60,963 bases of DNA, from assembly GCA_964493385.1 (NCBI GenBank), contig CAZBNW010000005.1:1-60963 (forward strand), given 5' to 3'. Below the pieces are notes generated by a model. It was given only the letters and a program-made list of their open reading frames with translations. It searched no databases and was not told the origin of the DNA. Shown one piece after another: positions 10,364 to 21,722 of this stretch (its first letter is position 1; each line of letters begins with the position of its first letter). The position numbers were made by a program, and so were the translations under genes. The stretch is from an uncultured archaeon (GTDB lineage: Archaea; Asgardarchaeota; Lokiarchaeia; Sigyniarchaeales; SOKP01).

Positions 10364-11842
10364 CTAGTAAATAGTTTCTCCAGTTATTCGATTCACTTTT
10401 AAATGTCTGAATCTTGCTTTTTCTCTAATAATTTCTTTGCTAGTTGAGATTGTGTCAACAATCTCTTCCGGAAATAAATATTTTGCTAAATGAATTATCA
10501 TTTCCTTCGTTTCAATACAATTAAATAACTTTAGGCTTTCAACGGAGTAAAATAATTCACTTACTAAATCATAGTTCGTATCTACTGAAAAATCAAGAAG
10601 TTCTAAATTCCTATAAATTCGAGTTACAATATTTTTTAAGAGATCATACTCTTTTAACTTGGCAAGAGTATTGCTCATATAATGACTAAATAATACATAA
10701 TATGTAGCTTCTGATGAAACAAAACCATCTCGGAATTGTTTTATTCCTTCTGGAGTTATTCTTAACTCAATTTCTTCTAAGATTGCTGATATTTCACGTT
10801 CTAGTTTTTTAACTCCTAATTGGCGATACATTTTTAAAATTACTACTAATTGAGAAGTTTCTAGATTTTTCAAATAATTAGATTCAAAAAATTTTGGATC
10901 TGCTTTAATCAAGTTATTCACATGTTCAAAATCTAGCCACAGTTTCATCAACTCAGTTGATTTAATAAAATAATATGCTCCATCTGTAGCTTCAATAAGG
11001 GGTGATTCATATCTATCTGTAGCTTCTTCGTATAAATCTAGCAAAAAACTAACAATTTTTTTCTCTTCAAGATTAATATTCAGATGTTTAGCTAGATAAA
11101 TTCCACAAAAATAAAGATCAGGATTCTTTAGTGTGACCATTGGAACATCGATCAGCCACTCATCAATATTTTCTTCTAAATATAGTTTTATGTGAGAAAA
11201 ATCAAACATATTCTGAAGATGGAAGAAGTGAATGATTCTATGAATTAAATATAATAATTGAAGCTTAAATTGAGGTTCTACTAAATCTTCTAGACTTTCA
11301 ATTTTTTCTCGATTAGTCATGAATTTATCAATTATTTTTTCTTGGATTTGAACATATTTTCTTAAATTTTCTTTCTTTTCTGGAGAATTTTCGATCAAAT
11401 TTTTCAAATTTCGAAGTTCCATAATGAATTCAATATTTAATAAACCCTCAGATTTTAATTTTAGCATTAAAGGCACAACTTGAATATCAACAAGATAATC
11501 GACTATTTTTTCTAGAAAAATTTCATATATTATTGGAGCGACTTTTTTTTCAAAAAGTTCTATTAGTGAAGTTATTTCTTCTCGATCCTTTTCGTGTATT
11601 TCTAAAAAAGGGTCTAAAAATTTACTTTCGATTTCTGATTTTTCAAATCCCAATTCTTCAAAGAATTGCGTAAGATAAAAAACTAGATTTTCAAGCTTTT
11701 GATCTATATTAGTCTTATTAATTGGAGAATTTCCGAGAGTTTTATTAATATTATCATGGAAAAACTGATCTAAATTATTATAAAACAAGTCAATTTCTTT
11801 AAAATATAAATCTAAAATGTTAAATAATCCTTGAAAAATCAT
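10364..11842 (-). CDS. hypothetical all-helical protein
   Basis: 492-aa uninterrupted ORF with the same codon style as its neighbours. No motif recognised. Confidence 0.55.
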   Translation of the reverse strand: MIFQGLFNILDLYFKEIDLFYNNLDQFFHDNINKTLGNSPINKTNIDQKLENLVFYLTQFFEELGFEKSEIESKFLDPFLEIHEKDREEITSLIELFEKKVAPIIYEIFLEKIVDYLVDIQVVPLMLKLKSEGLLNIEFIMELRNLKNLIENSPEKKENLRKYVQIQEKIIDKFMTNREKIESLEDLVEPQFKLQLLYLIHRIIHFFHLQNMFDFSHIKLYLEENIDEWLIDVPMVTLKNPDLYFCGIYLAKHLNINLEEKKIVSFLLDLYEEATDRYESPLIEATDGAYYFIKSTELMKLWLDFEHVNNLIKADPKFFESNYLKNLETSQLVVILKMYRQLGVKKLEREISAILEEIELRITPEGIKQFRDGFVSSEATYYVLFSHYMSNTLAKLKEYDLLKNIVTRIYRNLELLDFSVDTNYDLVSELFYSVESLKLFNCIETKEMIIHLAKYLFPEEIVDTISTSKEIIREKARFRHLKVNRITGETIY

Positions 11843-12213
11843 TTTACGAGAATTATAAACCTTGTAAACCTTTTTTTATTGCTATTTAAAGTAAAATATT
11901 GAAAAAATTAATACTTTATCTTTTCTGATTGAATTTCAATATCATAAAGCATAATTTAATTGTCCTAATGGTTCTCATAATCAAATCTTAACTAAATAAT
12001 GAAGAAAATCAGGAAATAAATTATTTCTCATTTCTAGAAATTACAATAAAATTTCAGATTATAATGGTAAATTCTATTTTTTATAAAAAATCTCAGAAAG
12101 TAATTTCAAAAGATTCGCAAAATATATTTAAAAATCTTCATTACTTCAATCTATCGGATATTAAGAGCATAGTTTAATAAAAAAATAATCATTTAACCAA
12201 AAGTGAAAATTTA

Positions 12214-13644
12214 ATGACAAGTATTATGTTTGGTACATCTGGTATTCGTAGAGTTTTTCAAAATTATAGCGAATCAGACCTTAAGTTTACTCCACAAATG
12301 GCTTTAGATGTCGGTCTTGCTTTAGGAACCTATCTAAATGGTAAAGGTAACGTTATAATAGGTAAAGATATTAGAACTTCTGCTTTACCAATAGAATATG
12401 CATTAATTTCTGGACTCGTGAGTACTGGATGTACTGTAAAGACTCTAGGGATTGTAACTACTCCCACTTTAGCTATGTCATTGCGTTTTTTAAATGCAGA
12501 AGCGGGGGTTATGATTACGGCCAGTCATAATACTCCTGAATATATTGGACTAAAAATCTGGAACCGTTCGGGTATGGGATATACACCAGAACAAGAGATA
12601 GAAATTGAAAGGATATACAATGAAAAAGCTTTTATAAACATTGAGTGGGATGAGGTTGGTAAAGTTACGCATATTGATGACATAAATGAGACACACATTT
12701 TAGATATTACAAATCGTATTACTTTTGATGGAAATAATTTAAATGTTATTTTTGATCCTGGAAACGGAGCTGGTTGTGATATTGTTCCGCGTTTATTAAG
12801 TGCTTATGATATTAACATAATAACTTTAAATGCACAAATGGATGGGAAATTTCCAGGTCGTCATTCAGAACCGAGTAAAGAAAACTTAATCCAAGTTTCA
12901 AAATTTATTAAAACTTCAGATAGAGAGACCATTGGAATTGCTCTTGATGGTGATGCTGATAGAGTAATATTTTTAGACGAAGACGGGGAAATTGTAGATC
13001 CTATTCGTCTTTTAACTCTTATGGCTAAAGATTACTTAGAAAGATATAGAGGAACTAAGATTCCAGAAGAGAATTTGAGGGTTGTCACGGCAATTAACTC
13101 GTCAAGTTTGATTGAAGATGTATTAAAACCTCTTGGCTGCGAAGTAGTTAGAACAGAAGTAGGGGATATTAAAGTGGCTATTGCCATTAAAGAACATGGT
13201 GGATTTGTAGGTGGAGAGACCTCAGGTACATATATATGGCCTAGTACTCATCTTGGACCCGATTCGATAGTTACAATCGCTAAAGTCTTAAGAATGATTG
13301 CTGAGAGGGAAAAACCATTACGTGATTTATTAAAAGAAATTCCAGAATACCCATTTTGTGAAACTAAATACCAATTGAAGAAAGATATCCCATTCAATGA
13401 AGATATTAATAAAAAAATCATTGAAGAAATGAAAGAGACTCTTGATAGTTTAGGAAAGAAAATAACAAACATCAACAAGATGGATGGAGTTAGATTTGAT
13501 TACAATGATGGTTGGATTTTAATAAGACGCTCAGGGACAAGTCCATATTTAAGACTCACAGGTGAATCAAGCGTTAATTTAGAAGCTTCAGAGGAAATGA
13601 ACAAGCTTGCAAAGGAAAAAATGGAGAAATTGAATTTAATATAG
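12214..13644 (+). CDS. glmM: phosphoglucosamine mutase / phosphomannomutase (alpha-D-phosphohexomutase)
   Basis: 476 aa with all four family motifs: ITASHNTPE, LDGDADR, GGETSG, RRSGTSPYLR. Confidence 0.85.
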   Translation: MTSIMFGTSGIRRVFQNYSESDLKFTPQMALDVGLALGTYLNGKGNVIIGKDIRTSALPIEYALISGLVSTGCTVKTLGIVTTPTLAMSLRFLNAEAGVMITASHNTPEYIGLKIWNRSGMGYTPEQEIEIERIYNEKAFINIEWDEVGKVTHIDDINETHILDITNRITFDGNNLNVIFDPGNGAGCDIVPRLLSAYDINIITLNAQMDGKFPGRHSEPSKENLIQVSKFIKTSDRETIGIALDGDADRVIFLDEDGEIVDPIRLLTLMAKDYLERYRGTKIPEENLRVVTAINSSSLIEDVLKPLGCEVVRTEVGDIKVAIAIKEHGGFVGGETSGTYIWPSTHLGPDSIVTIAKVLRMIAEREKPLRDLLKEIPEYPFCETKYQLKKDIPFNEDINKKIIEEMKETLDSLGKKITNINKMDGVRFDYNDGWILIRRSGTSPYLRLTGESSVNLEASEEMNKLAKEKMEKLNLI

Positions 13645-13758
13645 TAGTTGTGGTCTCAGTTCTAATTTTTAGAGTTTAATATTTTATTTTTATTATACTA
13701 ATTTAATCCATATAATTGATTTAACAGAATTAGTAATAAAAAAACCAATTTTAATTGA

Positions 13759-14715
13759 TCATAATTTTTTAATTTCAATTCCTTTTTGACTGAGCACATT
13801 TTTATTAGCGAGAAGTTCTCGACCGGCGATTTTGTCTAATACATAAATCAGATTACCCCCATTATTTGAATATATCTGACCGTATGAAATTGGAATATCT
13901 GGGGTTGGATCGTTTAATAACGATTTGGTGACCGATTCTACTTTACGTTCGCCATTAGCTAATAAAACTACGTTTTTTGCTTTATATATTAATTCAGCAC
14001 CCATACTGATGGCATACTGAGGGGACTCTTCTTTTGAAGAGAAATGTCCATCAATTACAGCATTTTCTACAGTATTATCATCAAGTTTTACTAATAAAAC
14101 ACTACTGCCTTCAAATGGAATTCCCGATTCATGGAATGCTATATGACCATGACCTCCAACACCTATAATTTGTAAATCAATACCACCAGCATCCTCAATT
14201 TTTTGAGCATACCCTTCTAATATTGTTTTACGAATCCAATTTAAATACTCTGAAGTTGGATTTTCTTTAATAATAATTGATTTACCAGCATCAGTACCTA
14301 ATTCACTCCAATCTTCAGGATGGGCTTCGAATTCATTTAATAGTTGTTTTTGATCAATTAAACATCCATAAGGCACAGTAGTTTCGATAAATTTTTTCTT
14401 AAGGAGCCCAAATAACTCTTGAATCATGAAATAACAGTAACTCTCTGGATGTAATGCGCGTTGTTGAGAATTTTCACCTGGAAGACCGACATATTCATCG
14501 AGGTTGAAACTGCGAATACAACTGCTATCAAATTCACCTGAGTTAACCATTTTAGCCAAATATTTATAAAGACCTGTTGGTGAATTTCCTGTAGCTAATC
14601 CCAATACAAATTCCTCTTGATTTTGTAATCCTTGAATGATCTTCTCTTTAACAATTCCAGCTGCTACTTCACTCATGTGATCAAAATTCTGTGTCACTAT
14701 AACATTGATAGGCAT
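13759..14715 (-). CDS. glucosamine-6-phosphate deaminase/isomerase family protein (NagB-like)
   Basis: 318 aa. LGLATGNSP, FNLDEY and GVGGHGHIAFHE match NagB family motifs. Longer than classical NagB. Confidence 0.75.
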   Translation of the reverse strand: MPINVIVTQNFDHMSEVAAGIVKEKIIQGLQNQEEFVLGLATGNSPTGLYKYLAKMVNSGEFDSSCIRSFNLDEYVGLPGENSQQRALHPESYCYFMIQELFGLLKKKFIETTVPYGCLIDQKQLLNEFEAHPEDWSELGTDAGKSIIIKENPTSEYLNWIRKTILEGYAQKIEDAGGIDLQIIGVGGHGHIAFHESGIPFEGSSVLLVKLDDNTVENAVIDGHFSSKEESPQYAISMGAELIYKAKNVVLLANGERKVESVTKSLLNDPTPDIPISYGQIYSNNGGNLIYVLDKIAGRELLANKNVLSQKGIEIKKL

Positions 14716-14912
14716 ATTACATGCGCCTTTTTAAAGTGTTTTGAATCAATTTTGTTCTAAAAAGATTGTTTCCATAAAAAATTAATGGAAGCTTTTTGAA
14801 ATGGTATTAATTCATTCAAAATGATATTACATTAAGAGTTTACTTTATGAATCCTATGTCTTAGAAAACAATAAAATAACTTTAAAATATTTTTCATTCC
14901 TTTCTATTATTA

Positions 14913-16763
14913 ATGTGTGGTATATTTGGTGTAATAACTAATCAAAATAACATACCTTTAGGAAAAATTGTCCTTGAAGGAATTAAGCGTTTAGAATATC
15001 GGGGATATGATTCATGTGGAATAGTTACTCTAGCTAATTCTAATTTATATGTTAAAAAAGATTCTGGAAAAATCGATGAAATTCAAAAAAAAATAAACTT
15101 AGCAGAATTTCCAAATAACTCCAAACTTGCCCTTGCACATACAAGATGGGCAACTCATGGAGCACCTACTAAATACAATAGTCATCCGCATTTAGATTGC
15201 TCTGGTAAAATTGCAGTTGTCCATAATGGAATCTTAGAAAATTTTATAGAATTACGGAAAGAACTTGCTATAAAAGGACATACTTTTAAATCTGACACGG
15301 ATACAGAAATTATTCCTCATTTAATCGAAGATAAAATGAAAGAAGGTCTAAATTTTAAGGATTCTATAATTGAAGCATTAAAGTTATGTAAAGGAGCATA
15401 TGGTTTGGCTATTTGTCATGCTAATTATCCAGACTCAATTATAGTTGTTAGAAAAGAATCACCTTTAGTAATTGGAATAGAAGAGGGGAAAACAACGTAT
15501 TGTGCCTCAGATATTCCTGCATTTTTACCCTTAACGAGAAAATGTTATATCATGGATGATGACGAACTTGCCGTTTTAAAAGCAGGAGGAGTTGAATTCT
15601 TTGATCTCAAAACTGATAAGAAAATTGAAAAAGAATTACGATTAATCGAATGGAATATCGATGCGGCAGAAAAGGGAGGTTATAAACATTTTATGCTAAA
15701 AGAAATTTACGAAGAACCAACTGCGATAAGGCGTACATTGAAAATATCTAAAGATCTTTTACGTGTTTTTGCTAACATATTATGGTCAGCAGAAAATATT
15801 TATATTACAGCGGCAGGTACATCCTTTTACGCGTCATTAGCCGGAAAATTTATAATTTCAAAATTTTTAGGTAAGTATATTCAAGCAATAGAATGCTCTG
15901 AATTCCAAACACAATTATCTAATTCATTAAAAAATGATTCTGTAATAATTGCTGTTTCTCAATCAGGTGAAACAATAGATACTGTTGAGGCGATTAGATG
16001 GGCGAAAAGTGAAAGAAAAGTAAAAGTATTAACAATTACGAATGTAGTGGGGTCTTCTCTTACCAGATATTCTGATCATGTGATTGTAACTCAAGCAGGA
16101 CCAGAGATTGGTGTTGCAGCAACCAAAACTTATTGCACTCAAGTGCTTACTTTAGCTTTAATTGCAATCGAAATAGCAAAATTAAGAAAGGTTGAATCAG
16201 AATCAGAAATAGAAAAGTATCAAAAAGCTTTAGAATCAACCCCTCAAATTATTGAAAATTTTTTAAAAAGTAATGTAGAGCTAATCAAAGATATAGTAAA
16301 AACTTTACAAAAAAGTGCAAATTTTTTCTTTTTAGCAAGAGGTATCTCAATCGCCACTGCTAAAGAAGGAGGTCTAAAGCTAAAGGAGGTTGCTTGCCGT
16401 TTTATTGAAGGTTATTCAGCAGCACATGCCAAACACGGACCAATTTCTTTAGTTAGAGAGGGATTTCCTATTATATTTATAGCTCCCCCAGATGAGACAT
16501 ATCAACGGTTAATTGGAAATGTTATGGAATTTAAGGCGAGAGGGGGCAAAATTATTTCTCTCGTTGTTGAAAGTGATAAAACTATTTCTGAATTGAGTGA
16601 TATATCAATTCGAATACCACAACCTGGAGATAAATATTATAATATCTTCAGTCCAATCACATTTACTCCTGCATTACAATTATTAGCATATTATACCTCT
16701 CTACATCACGGATTAGACCCAGATAAACCACTCAATCTATCTAAAACAGTTACAGTGCATTAA
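14913..16763 (+). CDS. glmS: glutamine--fructose-6-phosphate aminotransferase
   Basis: 616 aa. Starts MCGIFG (Ntn Cys1), has two SIS domains, and ends with the NLSKTVTVH-type tail. Confidence 0.95.
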   Translation: MCGIFGVITNQNNIPLGKIVLEGIKRLEYRGYDSCGIVTLANSNLYVKKDSGKIDEIQKKINLAEFPNNSKLALAHTRWATHGAPTKYNSHPHLDCSGKIAVVHNGILENFIELRKELAIKGHTFKSDTDTEIIPHLIEDKMKEGLNFKDSIIEALKLCKGAYGLAICHANYPDSIIVVRKESPLVIGIEEGKTTYCASDIPAFLPLTRKCYIMDDDELAVLKAGGVEFFDLKTDKKIEKELRLIEWNIDAAEKGGYKHFMLKEIYEEPTAIRRTLKISKDLLRVFANILWSAENIYITAAGTSFYASLAGKFIISKFLGKYIQAIECSEFQTQLSNSLKNDSVIIAVSQSGETIDTVEAIRWAKSERKVKVLTITNVVGSSLTRYSDHVIVTQAGPEIGVAATKTYCTQVLTLALIAIEIAKLRKVESESEIEKYQKALESTPQIIENFLKSNVELIKDIVKTLQKSANFFFLARGISIATAKEGGLKLKEVACRFIEGYSAAHAKHGPISLVREGFPIIFIAPPDETYQRLIGNVMEFKARGGKIISLVVESDKTISELSDISIRIPQPGDKYYNIFSPITFTPALQLLAYYTSLHHGLDPDKPLNLSKTVTVH

Positions 16764-16766
16764 ATT

Positions 16767-18062
16767 TTAATAAAATGGATTATCCTTCTTTATAATACCC
16801 TCAAATGGGTCATGATAATAAAGCGTATTGGGAGGTACATCTTCGACGACTAGTGTATGTGCCCCTATTACTGAATTTTCACCGATTTTTTTCCCACACA
16901 TAATGCTAGCATTAATACCTGTTTGCACATTCGGACCAATAAAGGATCCTAATTTTCTTCGTCCTGAATCTATTCGCTCTCCTTTTATAGTTACCCATAC
17001 ACTTTTATTATCAAAACGTAAGTTTGATGTTTTTGAGCCTGCACCAAGGTTTACTTTTTCACATACAATGGAATCTCCCACATAATTAAAATGGGGAATA
17101 TTTGAATTAGAAAAAATTATTGAATTCTTAACTTCACTTATACCAACATGACACTTATCTCCTACAGAAGTATAGGGTCTTATAAATGCATTAGGTCCAA
17201 TTAATGTATTTTCCCCTATATAACAGGGTCCTTGGATATAACTGCCTGATTTAACATTTGTGTTTTTTCCAATATAGACGTTTCCGAAGATGTGTACATT
17301 CTCTTCAATATCACCCAATATTTTACTTTCTATTCGATCTAAAACAAAGGAATTTGCCTCAAATAGTTGCCAGGGTAAGCCAATATCGCTCCAAAAATGA
17401 TCTTTTATAATATATCCTAAAATATTTCCACTTAATTGATTTATCAAAATTTGCATTGAATCTGTTAATTCATATTCTCCCCTTAATGACTTTTCTGTTT
17501 TCTCAATCGCTTTAAATATCAATGGATCAAAAATATAAATTCCAGCATTTGCTAAATTACCTAAATTTAATTCTGGAACAGGTTTTTCAGTAATATTTTC
17601 TACAAAGCCATCAGATTTTAGCGAAACTATTCCATAATCTTGAGGGTTGTTTACTTCCAATAAGGACATTAATCCTTCAATTTTAGTTTCGTTAAAATTC
17701 TCTAAAACTTCTTTAAAGATTTTTGGATCTATCATTAAATCGCCATATGTCAATAAAAATGGCTCATCCTCAACAAAATCTTTAGCATAATTAACGGCAT
17801 TTGCCGTTCCTAATTGCTCTTCTTGAGTAATATGCTCAATTTTAACATTAAATTTACCTTGCCCATTACCAAAATATTCTCTAATAACTTCTTCTTTATC
17901 CCCAACTATTAATAAAATCTCATTTACTCCTGCGTCTTTTAATCCTAAGATTGTATATTCCAGTATTGGTTTACCAGCAAGAGGGATCATTGGTTTAGGG
18001 CGAGAAGAAGTTATAGGCATTAATCTCTTTCCTTTGCCTGCCGCTAATATAACAGCTTTCAT
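16767..18062 (-). CDS. bifunctional sugar-1-phosphate nucleotidylyltransferase/acetyltransferase (archaeal GlmU-like)
   Basis: 431 aa. N-terminal MKAVILAAGKGKRLMP nucleotidyltransferase motif plus C-terminal left-handed beta-helix hexapeptide repeats. Confidence 0.85.
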   Translation of the reverse strand: MKAVILAAGKGKRLMPITSSRPKPMIPLAGKPILEYTILGLKDAGVNEILLIVGDKEEVIREYFGNGQGKFNVKIEHITQEEQLGTANAVNYAKDFVEDEPFLLTYGDLMIDPKIFKEVLENFNETKIEGLMSLLEVNNPQDYGIVSLKSDGFVENITEKPVPELNLGNLANAGIYIFDPLIFKAIEKTEKSLRGEYELTDSMQILINQLSGNILGYIIKDHFWSDIGLPWQLFEANSFVLDRIESKILGDIEENVHIFGNVYIGKNTNVKSGSYIQGPCYIGENTLIGPNAFIRPYTSVGDKCHVGISEVKNSIIFSNSNIPHFNYVGDSIVCEKVNLGAGSKTSNLRFDNKSVWVTIKGERIDSGRRKLGSFIGPNVQTGINASIMCGKKIGENSVIGAHTLVVEDVPPNTLYYHDPFEGIIKKDNPFY

Positions 18063-18139
18063 AAAAGAAATTAATTGATTATTCTATTAAAAACTTCTTA
18101 CTTATCTCTCAAAGGCGATTACAGTTCATTAGCTCATTA

Positions 18140-19630
18140 TTAACTAGATTTCTTTATATCAAAAATATGACCATTCCACGCTTCTAGTTCAATATACAAA
18201 CCGTATTTATACAAATCCTCTCCATTGTATGTATAAGACTTCTGAATAAGTAAATCTGTGAAAAACCATTTATGAGTATCAAAATGGAATGGACTTATCC
18301 TTACATGAGCTTTTGAAGGATTTGGACTGTAATTAACAACAATAAGCCGATAGTTATCATTAATCCACCATAAATAAGAAATAATGTTTGAGAATGAAGA
18401 ATCATCTGAACTTACAGATTCTGTTTTACAAAGAGACCAACTAGCATTCTCAAATTCTCGTCCGGGTATTGATTTTAATAAATCTTGATAAAACTCAAGA
18501 ATATTTTTATTAACCTCTTCAAAAGGTCTTCTTCTTAATTGAACTGGTAATTTTATTTTATAACCATAAGTCTGACCCTCATATATTAATCTTGCTCCTG
18601 GTAAAGTAAAAGCTATAATCGCCGCTGCTTTTGATTTTTTTTCTCCAAATTTCTCAACAGCCCTTAATTCATCATGATTTTCAACAAATCTTATAAGCTT
18701 GCTTTGATATATCCATTCTGCTTTGAGGTGATCTCTAATTATATTAGCATTTTCATGAGCTAATCGTTCATACAATCTTTTATCATAACAGAAATCAAAT
18801 CCTTGTTGTTGAAGTTCCCATTCCATATCCCAATAGACTTCTGCTATAAATAAAAAATTTGGATATTTTTCTTTAACAGCTGGAATGATTTCTTCCCAAA
18901 ACTCTTTATCTGGAGGAGAACCCGCTCTTTCACCCCAAGTTCTACTAAATACATTATTTGTCATTAACATTGCCATATCACATCGAATTCCATCACAGAG
19001 TTCAGCAATGCTAAGCAGAGTATTTATCGTTTTTAAACGAGATCTTTCTGAAAATGCGTTAATCTGTATAGTGTCTGTCCAGCTAGGGAAATTAGGGTCG
19101 CGACCGTACGCGAATACCTTTTCTCCAATACTAAAAAAATCATATGGACGAGACATTAAATCATCTAAATTTCCCTCAATAAATAGATCTGAATCAAATG
19201 TCCATAATGAATCAACAGAAACATGATTGGGGACGTAATCTAATATTAATCTGATATTTCGTTCAGATAATCTTTTTCGTATGGCCTTTAAACCATCTAT
19301 CCCACCAATATTTTTATCTACATGATAGTAATACACAGAATATGGTGATCCTACTACATCTTCATCCCTAAAATCATATAGAGCATTGTGATATTCTTTT
19401 TGTAAATCAGGATGCTCAAGAGCTATTTTTTTACTAGCAGGACTTCTTTCCCACACTCCCATAAACCATATAGCATCGAAGAATCTTATCTCTTGATTAA
19501 AAACTTCATCAGGAATATTCTTTAAAGTAATAGAATTATTAACAGTCTCAGAAAGAAAGTGAAGCCAAGGCCATGTATTAATTTCAAGAATTTTTGGATT
19601 TCTAACCCATTCTGTATGTTTTATTAACAT
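18140..19630 (-). CDS. GH13 alpha-amylase-family glycoside hydrolase
   Basis: 496 aa with the four GH13 regions: DYVPNHVS, GIRCDMA, IAEVYWD, FVENHD. Confidence 0.85.
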   Translation of the reverse strand: MLIKHTEWVRNPKILEINTWPWLHFLSETVNNSITLKNIPDEVFNQEIRFFDAIWFMGVWERSPASKKIALEHPDLQKEYHNALYDFRDEDVVGSPYSVYYYHVDKNIGGIDGLKAIRKRLSERNIRLILDYVPNHVSVDSLWTFDSDLFIEGNLDDLMSRPYDFFSIGEKVFAYGRDPNFPSWTDTIQINAFSERSRLKTINTLLSIAELCDGIRCDMAMLMTNNVFSRTWGERAGSPPDKEFWEEIIPAVKEKYPNFLFIAEVYWDMEWELQQQGFDFCYDKRLYERLAHENANIIRDHLKAEWIYQSKLIRFVENHDELRAVEKFGEKKSKAAAIIAFTLPGARLIYEGQTYGYKIKLPVQLRRRPFEEVNKNILEFYQDLLKSIPGREFENASWSLCKTESVSSDDSSFSNIISYLWWINDNYRLIVVNYSPNPSKAHVRISPFHFDTHKWFFTDLLIQKSYTYNGEDLYKYGLYIELEAWNGHIFDIKKSS

Positions 19631-19891
19631 CTTGATTTCTAGCTTAATTTTTATTAATTAAAATGATGAATTTAAATTAGATTTCTTTATATATAAAATA
19701 AATACATATAAATTTCTTTGTTATCATATTTATTAATAGAAAAAAAAAAAATAAAACACATAAAAATGAGTGAGGAAAAAGAAGCTTTACGGAAGCTGAT
19801 AATGTTGATATCAGACTTACGTGCAAAGGATGAGGAGAGATACGAAGCGCACGTTAATTTCATGAAATGAAAACAGATTTCCTAAGTTCAC

Positions 19892-20362
19892 ATGATTGAG
19901 ACAATCAAAATGATTGGTGCGATTGAATCTCAGATGAATAAACATTGGAGTACTGTGTTGGAATCATTAAAAGAGTTAAATGAAAATATAAGTGCCAATT
20001 TAGATTCATTACTTACAGGGATTAATCCAAAAGGGTTAAGAGAAACATCAAAATCCTTAAAAGAAATAATGGATACAATGAATAAAAGTGTTCAATCAAT
20101 GAATCTCGAAAAAGTCTTAAGTGAATTAAAAGTCTTGAAAGCAGGAGGATTTTACGTACCAGCAGCACCAGTGCCAATAGGACAACAACCAGAACCTATT
20201 TCTGCCGATATCAGTTTAAAACCACCAGTATTAAAAGCCCCTGAAGGAGGAACAAAAACTAAAGCAAGTGGTGAACCTGAATGGGTAGATCCCCATGAAA
20301 AAGCAAAAAAGGAGAAAGAAGATCAACATCTACTAAAGCCATCAGACTTTTTTGGCTCATAA
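19892..20362 (+). CDS. hypothetical protein (helical N-terminus, Pro-rich acidic/basic tail)
   Basis: 156-aa ORF. No family recognised. Confidence 0.45.
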   Translation: MIETIKMIGAIESQMNKHWSTVLESLKELNENISANLDSLLTGINPKGLRETSKSLKEIMDTMNKSVQSMNLEKVLSELKVLKAGGFYVPAAPVPIGQQPEPISADISLKPPVLKAPEGGTKTKASGEPEWVDPHEKAKKEKEDQHLLKPSDFFGS

Positions 20363-20366
20363 ATCT

Positions 20367-21722
20367 CTAACTGAATAATCCCATAAAGGATCCTAATTTA
20401 GCTTTTACTTGTTCGACATTCTCACCTATCTTCTTAAAATTTATTCCAATTGATGGTATTCTGAGTTCAGTTCTGATTTTATTTTTCAATAAATCATAAC
20501 AATTAGAATTTATATGACAATCAGCAAGTTGGTTAATAATAAGACCATTAACTCGTGTGTTTTTAACATACTTTTGGTAAGAATTGATTAATGTTTCGCA
20601 ATTGCTTAAACATAGTAATCCTTTATTTGAGGCATTCAAAAGAAAGCGAGCATACTCTTCGATTGGATCAGAATCCTTCGAAACGGGAATTTCTTCTAAT
20701 AATCCTAGTAAATCCCAATCTGAATAAATTACTTTCCCTCCTAATTCATATATAATTTCTTGAGTTTCGGGTTCCCAACCATTGAATATTGGAGTTAATA
20801 AAATTCTAGGTCTGTCAGAGACATTCATCCCTATACCTCTCTCTATACGTTCCCTCATCTCTTTCACTAATTGACTAATATTTTCTAAATATCTCTGGGC
20901 ATTGGAATTGTAATCTTGGAAAGATATTGTTAATAATGCTAAGATTTCTGCAAAGGTTGCAGGGTTACAAGGATAGAAATCTGAAGTGCTTATATCATAA
21001 ATAATTGTTTTATAATATCTTTTTACTTGGTTTCCGATTCGGAATTGTTTTTTTAAGCTATTATCAGTAACAACATTCCCAGTAATGTTTTCTAATTCTG
21101 TTATGGTATTTTGGATATTATTTACCATGATTTCTAAACTCTTATCCTCACTTTCTTTAGTTATTAAAGGAATTTCTAACCAAACTTGATTTGGTATTAT
21201 TGCTCTTAATGATTTTAAATATTGATTATATTTATCACATCTTATGGAAAAATTAAGAGTGTAATCGCAATTATTTACTTCTGAAACATGCATTCCGTAA
21301 ATAGATTTAAGACCAAAACAAAAATCTGAAGTTACATTCTTTTCAACAGCTAAATCATATAATGAATTATATTTTTCATTGATAGAATTAATCACATCAT
21401 TTAAAACATTATCTACTATTTTTAAAAAATCAATTTGCCTTACTATTCCTAGTAATTTAGTTGTAAGATTCCAACCGAAAAGACTCGTTGCTGAATTTAA
21501 AGCAAGTAAATATAAATTAATTTTAAACTTTTCCATACGAATTGGAAAAACAGGGATCGAATCAGCAGCAAATACTAAATCTGGGAAACCAGAAGCAACA
21601 GAAATTAATTTCTTTCTTTCTTTTGTTTTCTTTTTTTGTAAATAATCTCTACCCGTTAAGAAATTATAAGCAATCTTTAAGACAGATGTAAAGTTTACAA
21701 CATCATCAGCATAGATACTCAT
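20367..21722 (-). CDS. 2-hydroxyacyl-CoA dehydratase family protein, large (HgdA/BcrC-like) subunit, paralog 2
   Basis: 451 aa. Roughly 55-60% identical by eye to the 453-aa neighbour. Sits in a cluster with an HgdC-type activase. Confidence 0.65.
   Translation of the reverse strand: MSIYADDVVNFTSVLKIAYNFLTGRDYLQKKKTKERKKLISVASGFPDLVFAADSIPVFPIRMEKFKINLYLLALNSATSLFGWNLTTKLLGIVRQIDFLKIVDNVLNDVINSINEKYNSLYDLAVEKNVTSDFCFGLKSIYGMHVSEVNNCDYTLNFSIRCDKYNQYLKSLRAIIPNQVWLEIPLITKESEDKSLEIMVNNIQNTITELENITGNVVTDNSLKKQFRIGNQVKRYYKTIIYDISTSDFYPCNPATFAEILALLTISFQDYNSNAQRYLENISQLVKEMRERIERGIGMNVSDRPRILLTPIFNGWEPETQEIIYELGGKVIYSDWDLLGLLEEIPVSKDSDPIEEYARFLLNASNKGLLCLSNCETLINSYQKYVKNTRVNGLIINQLADCHINSNCYDLLKNKIRTELRIPSIGINFKKIGENVEQVKAKLGSFMGLFS

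Noticed and set aside
19663-19669. ATGATGA (C-box-like) in the intergenic region, as a possible C/D box sRNA.
   Set aside because: No matching CTGA D box or terminal stem within a plausible distance. The heptamer is expected by chance in 70% AT sequence.
19766-19891. 34-aa ORF (MSEEKEALRKLIMLISDLRAKDEERYEAHVNFMK) in the same frame as the 156-aa ORF at 19892, possibly one gene.
   Set aside because: Two in-frame stops (TGA 19868, TAA 19883) separate them, so a single read-through or error does not join them. No family support. May be a small upstream ORF, but this cannot be supported.
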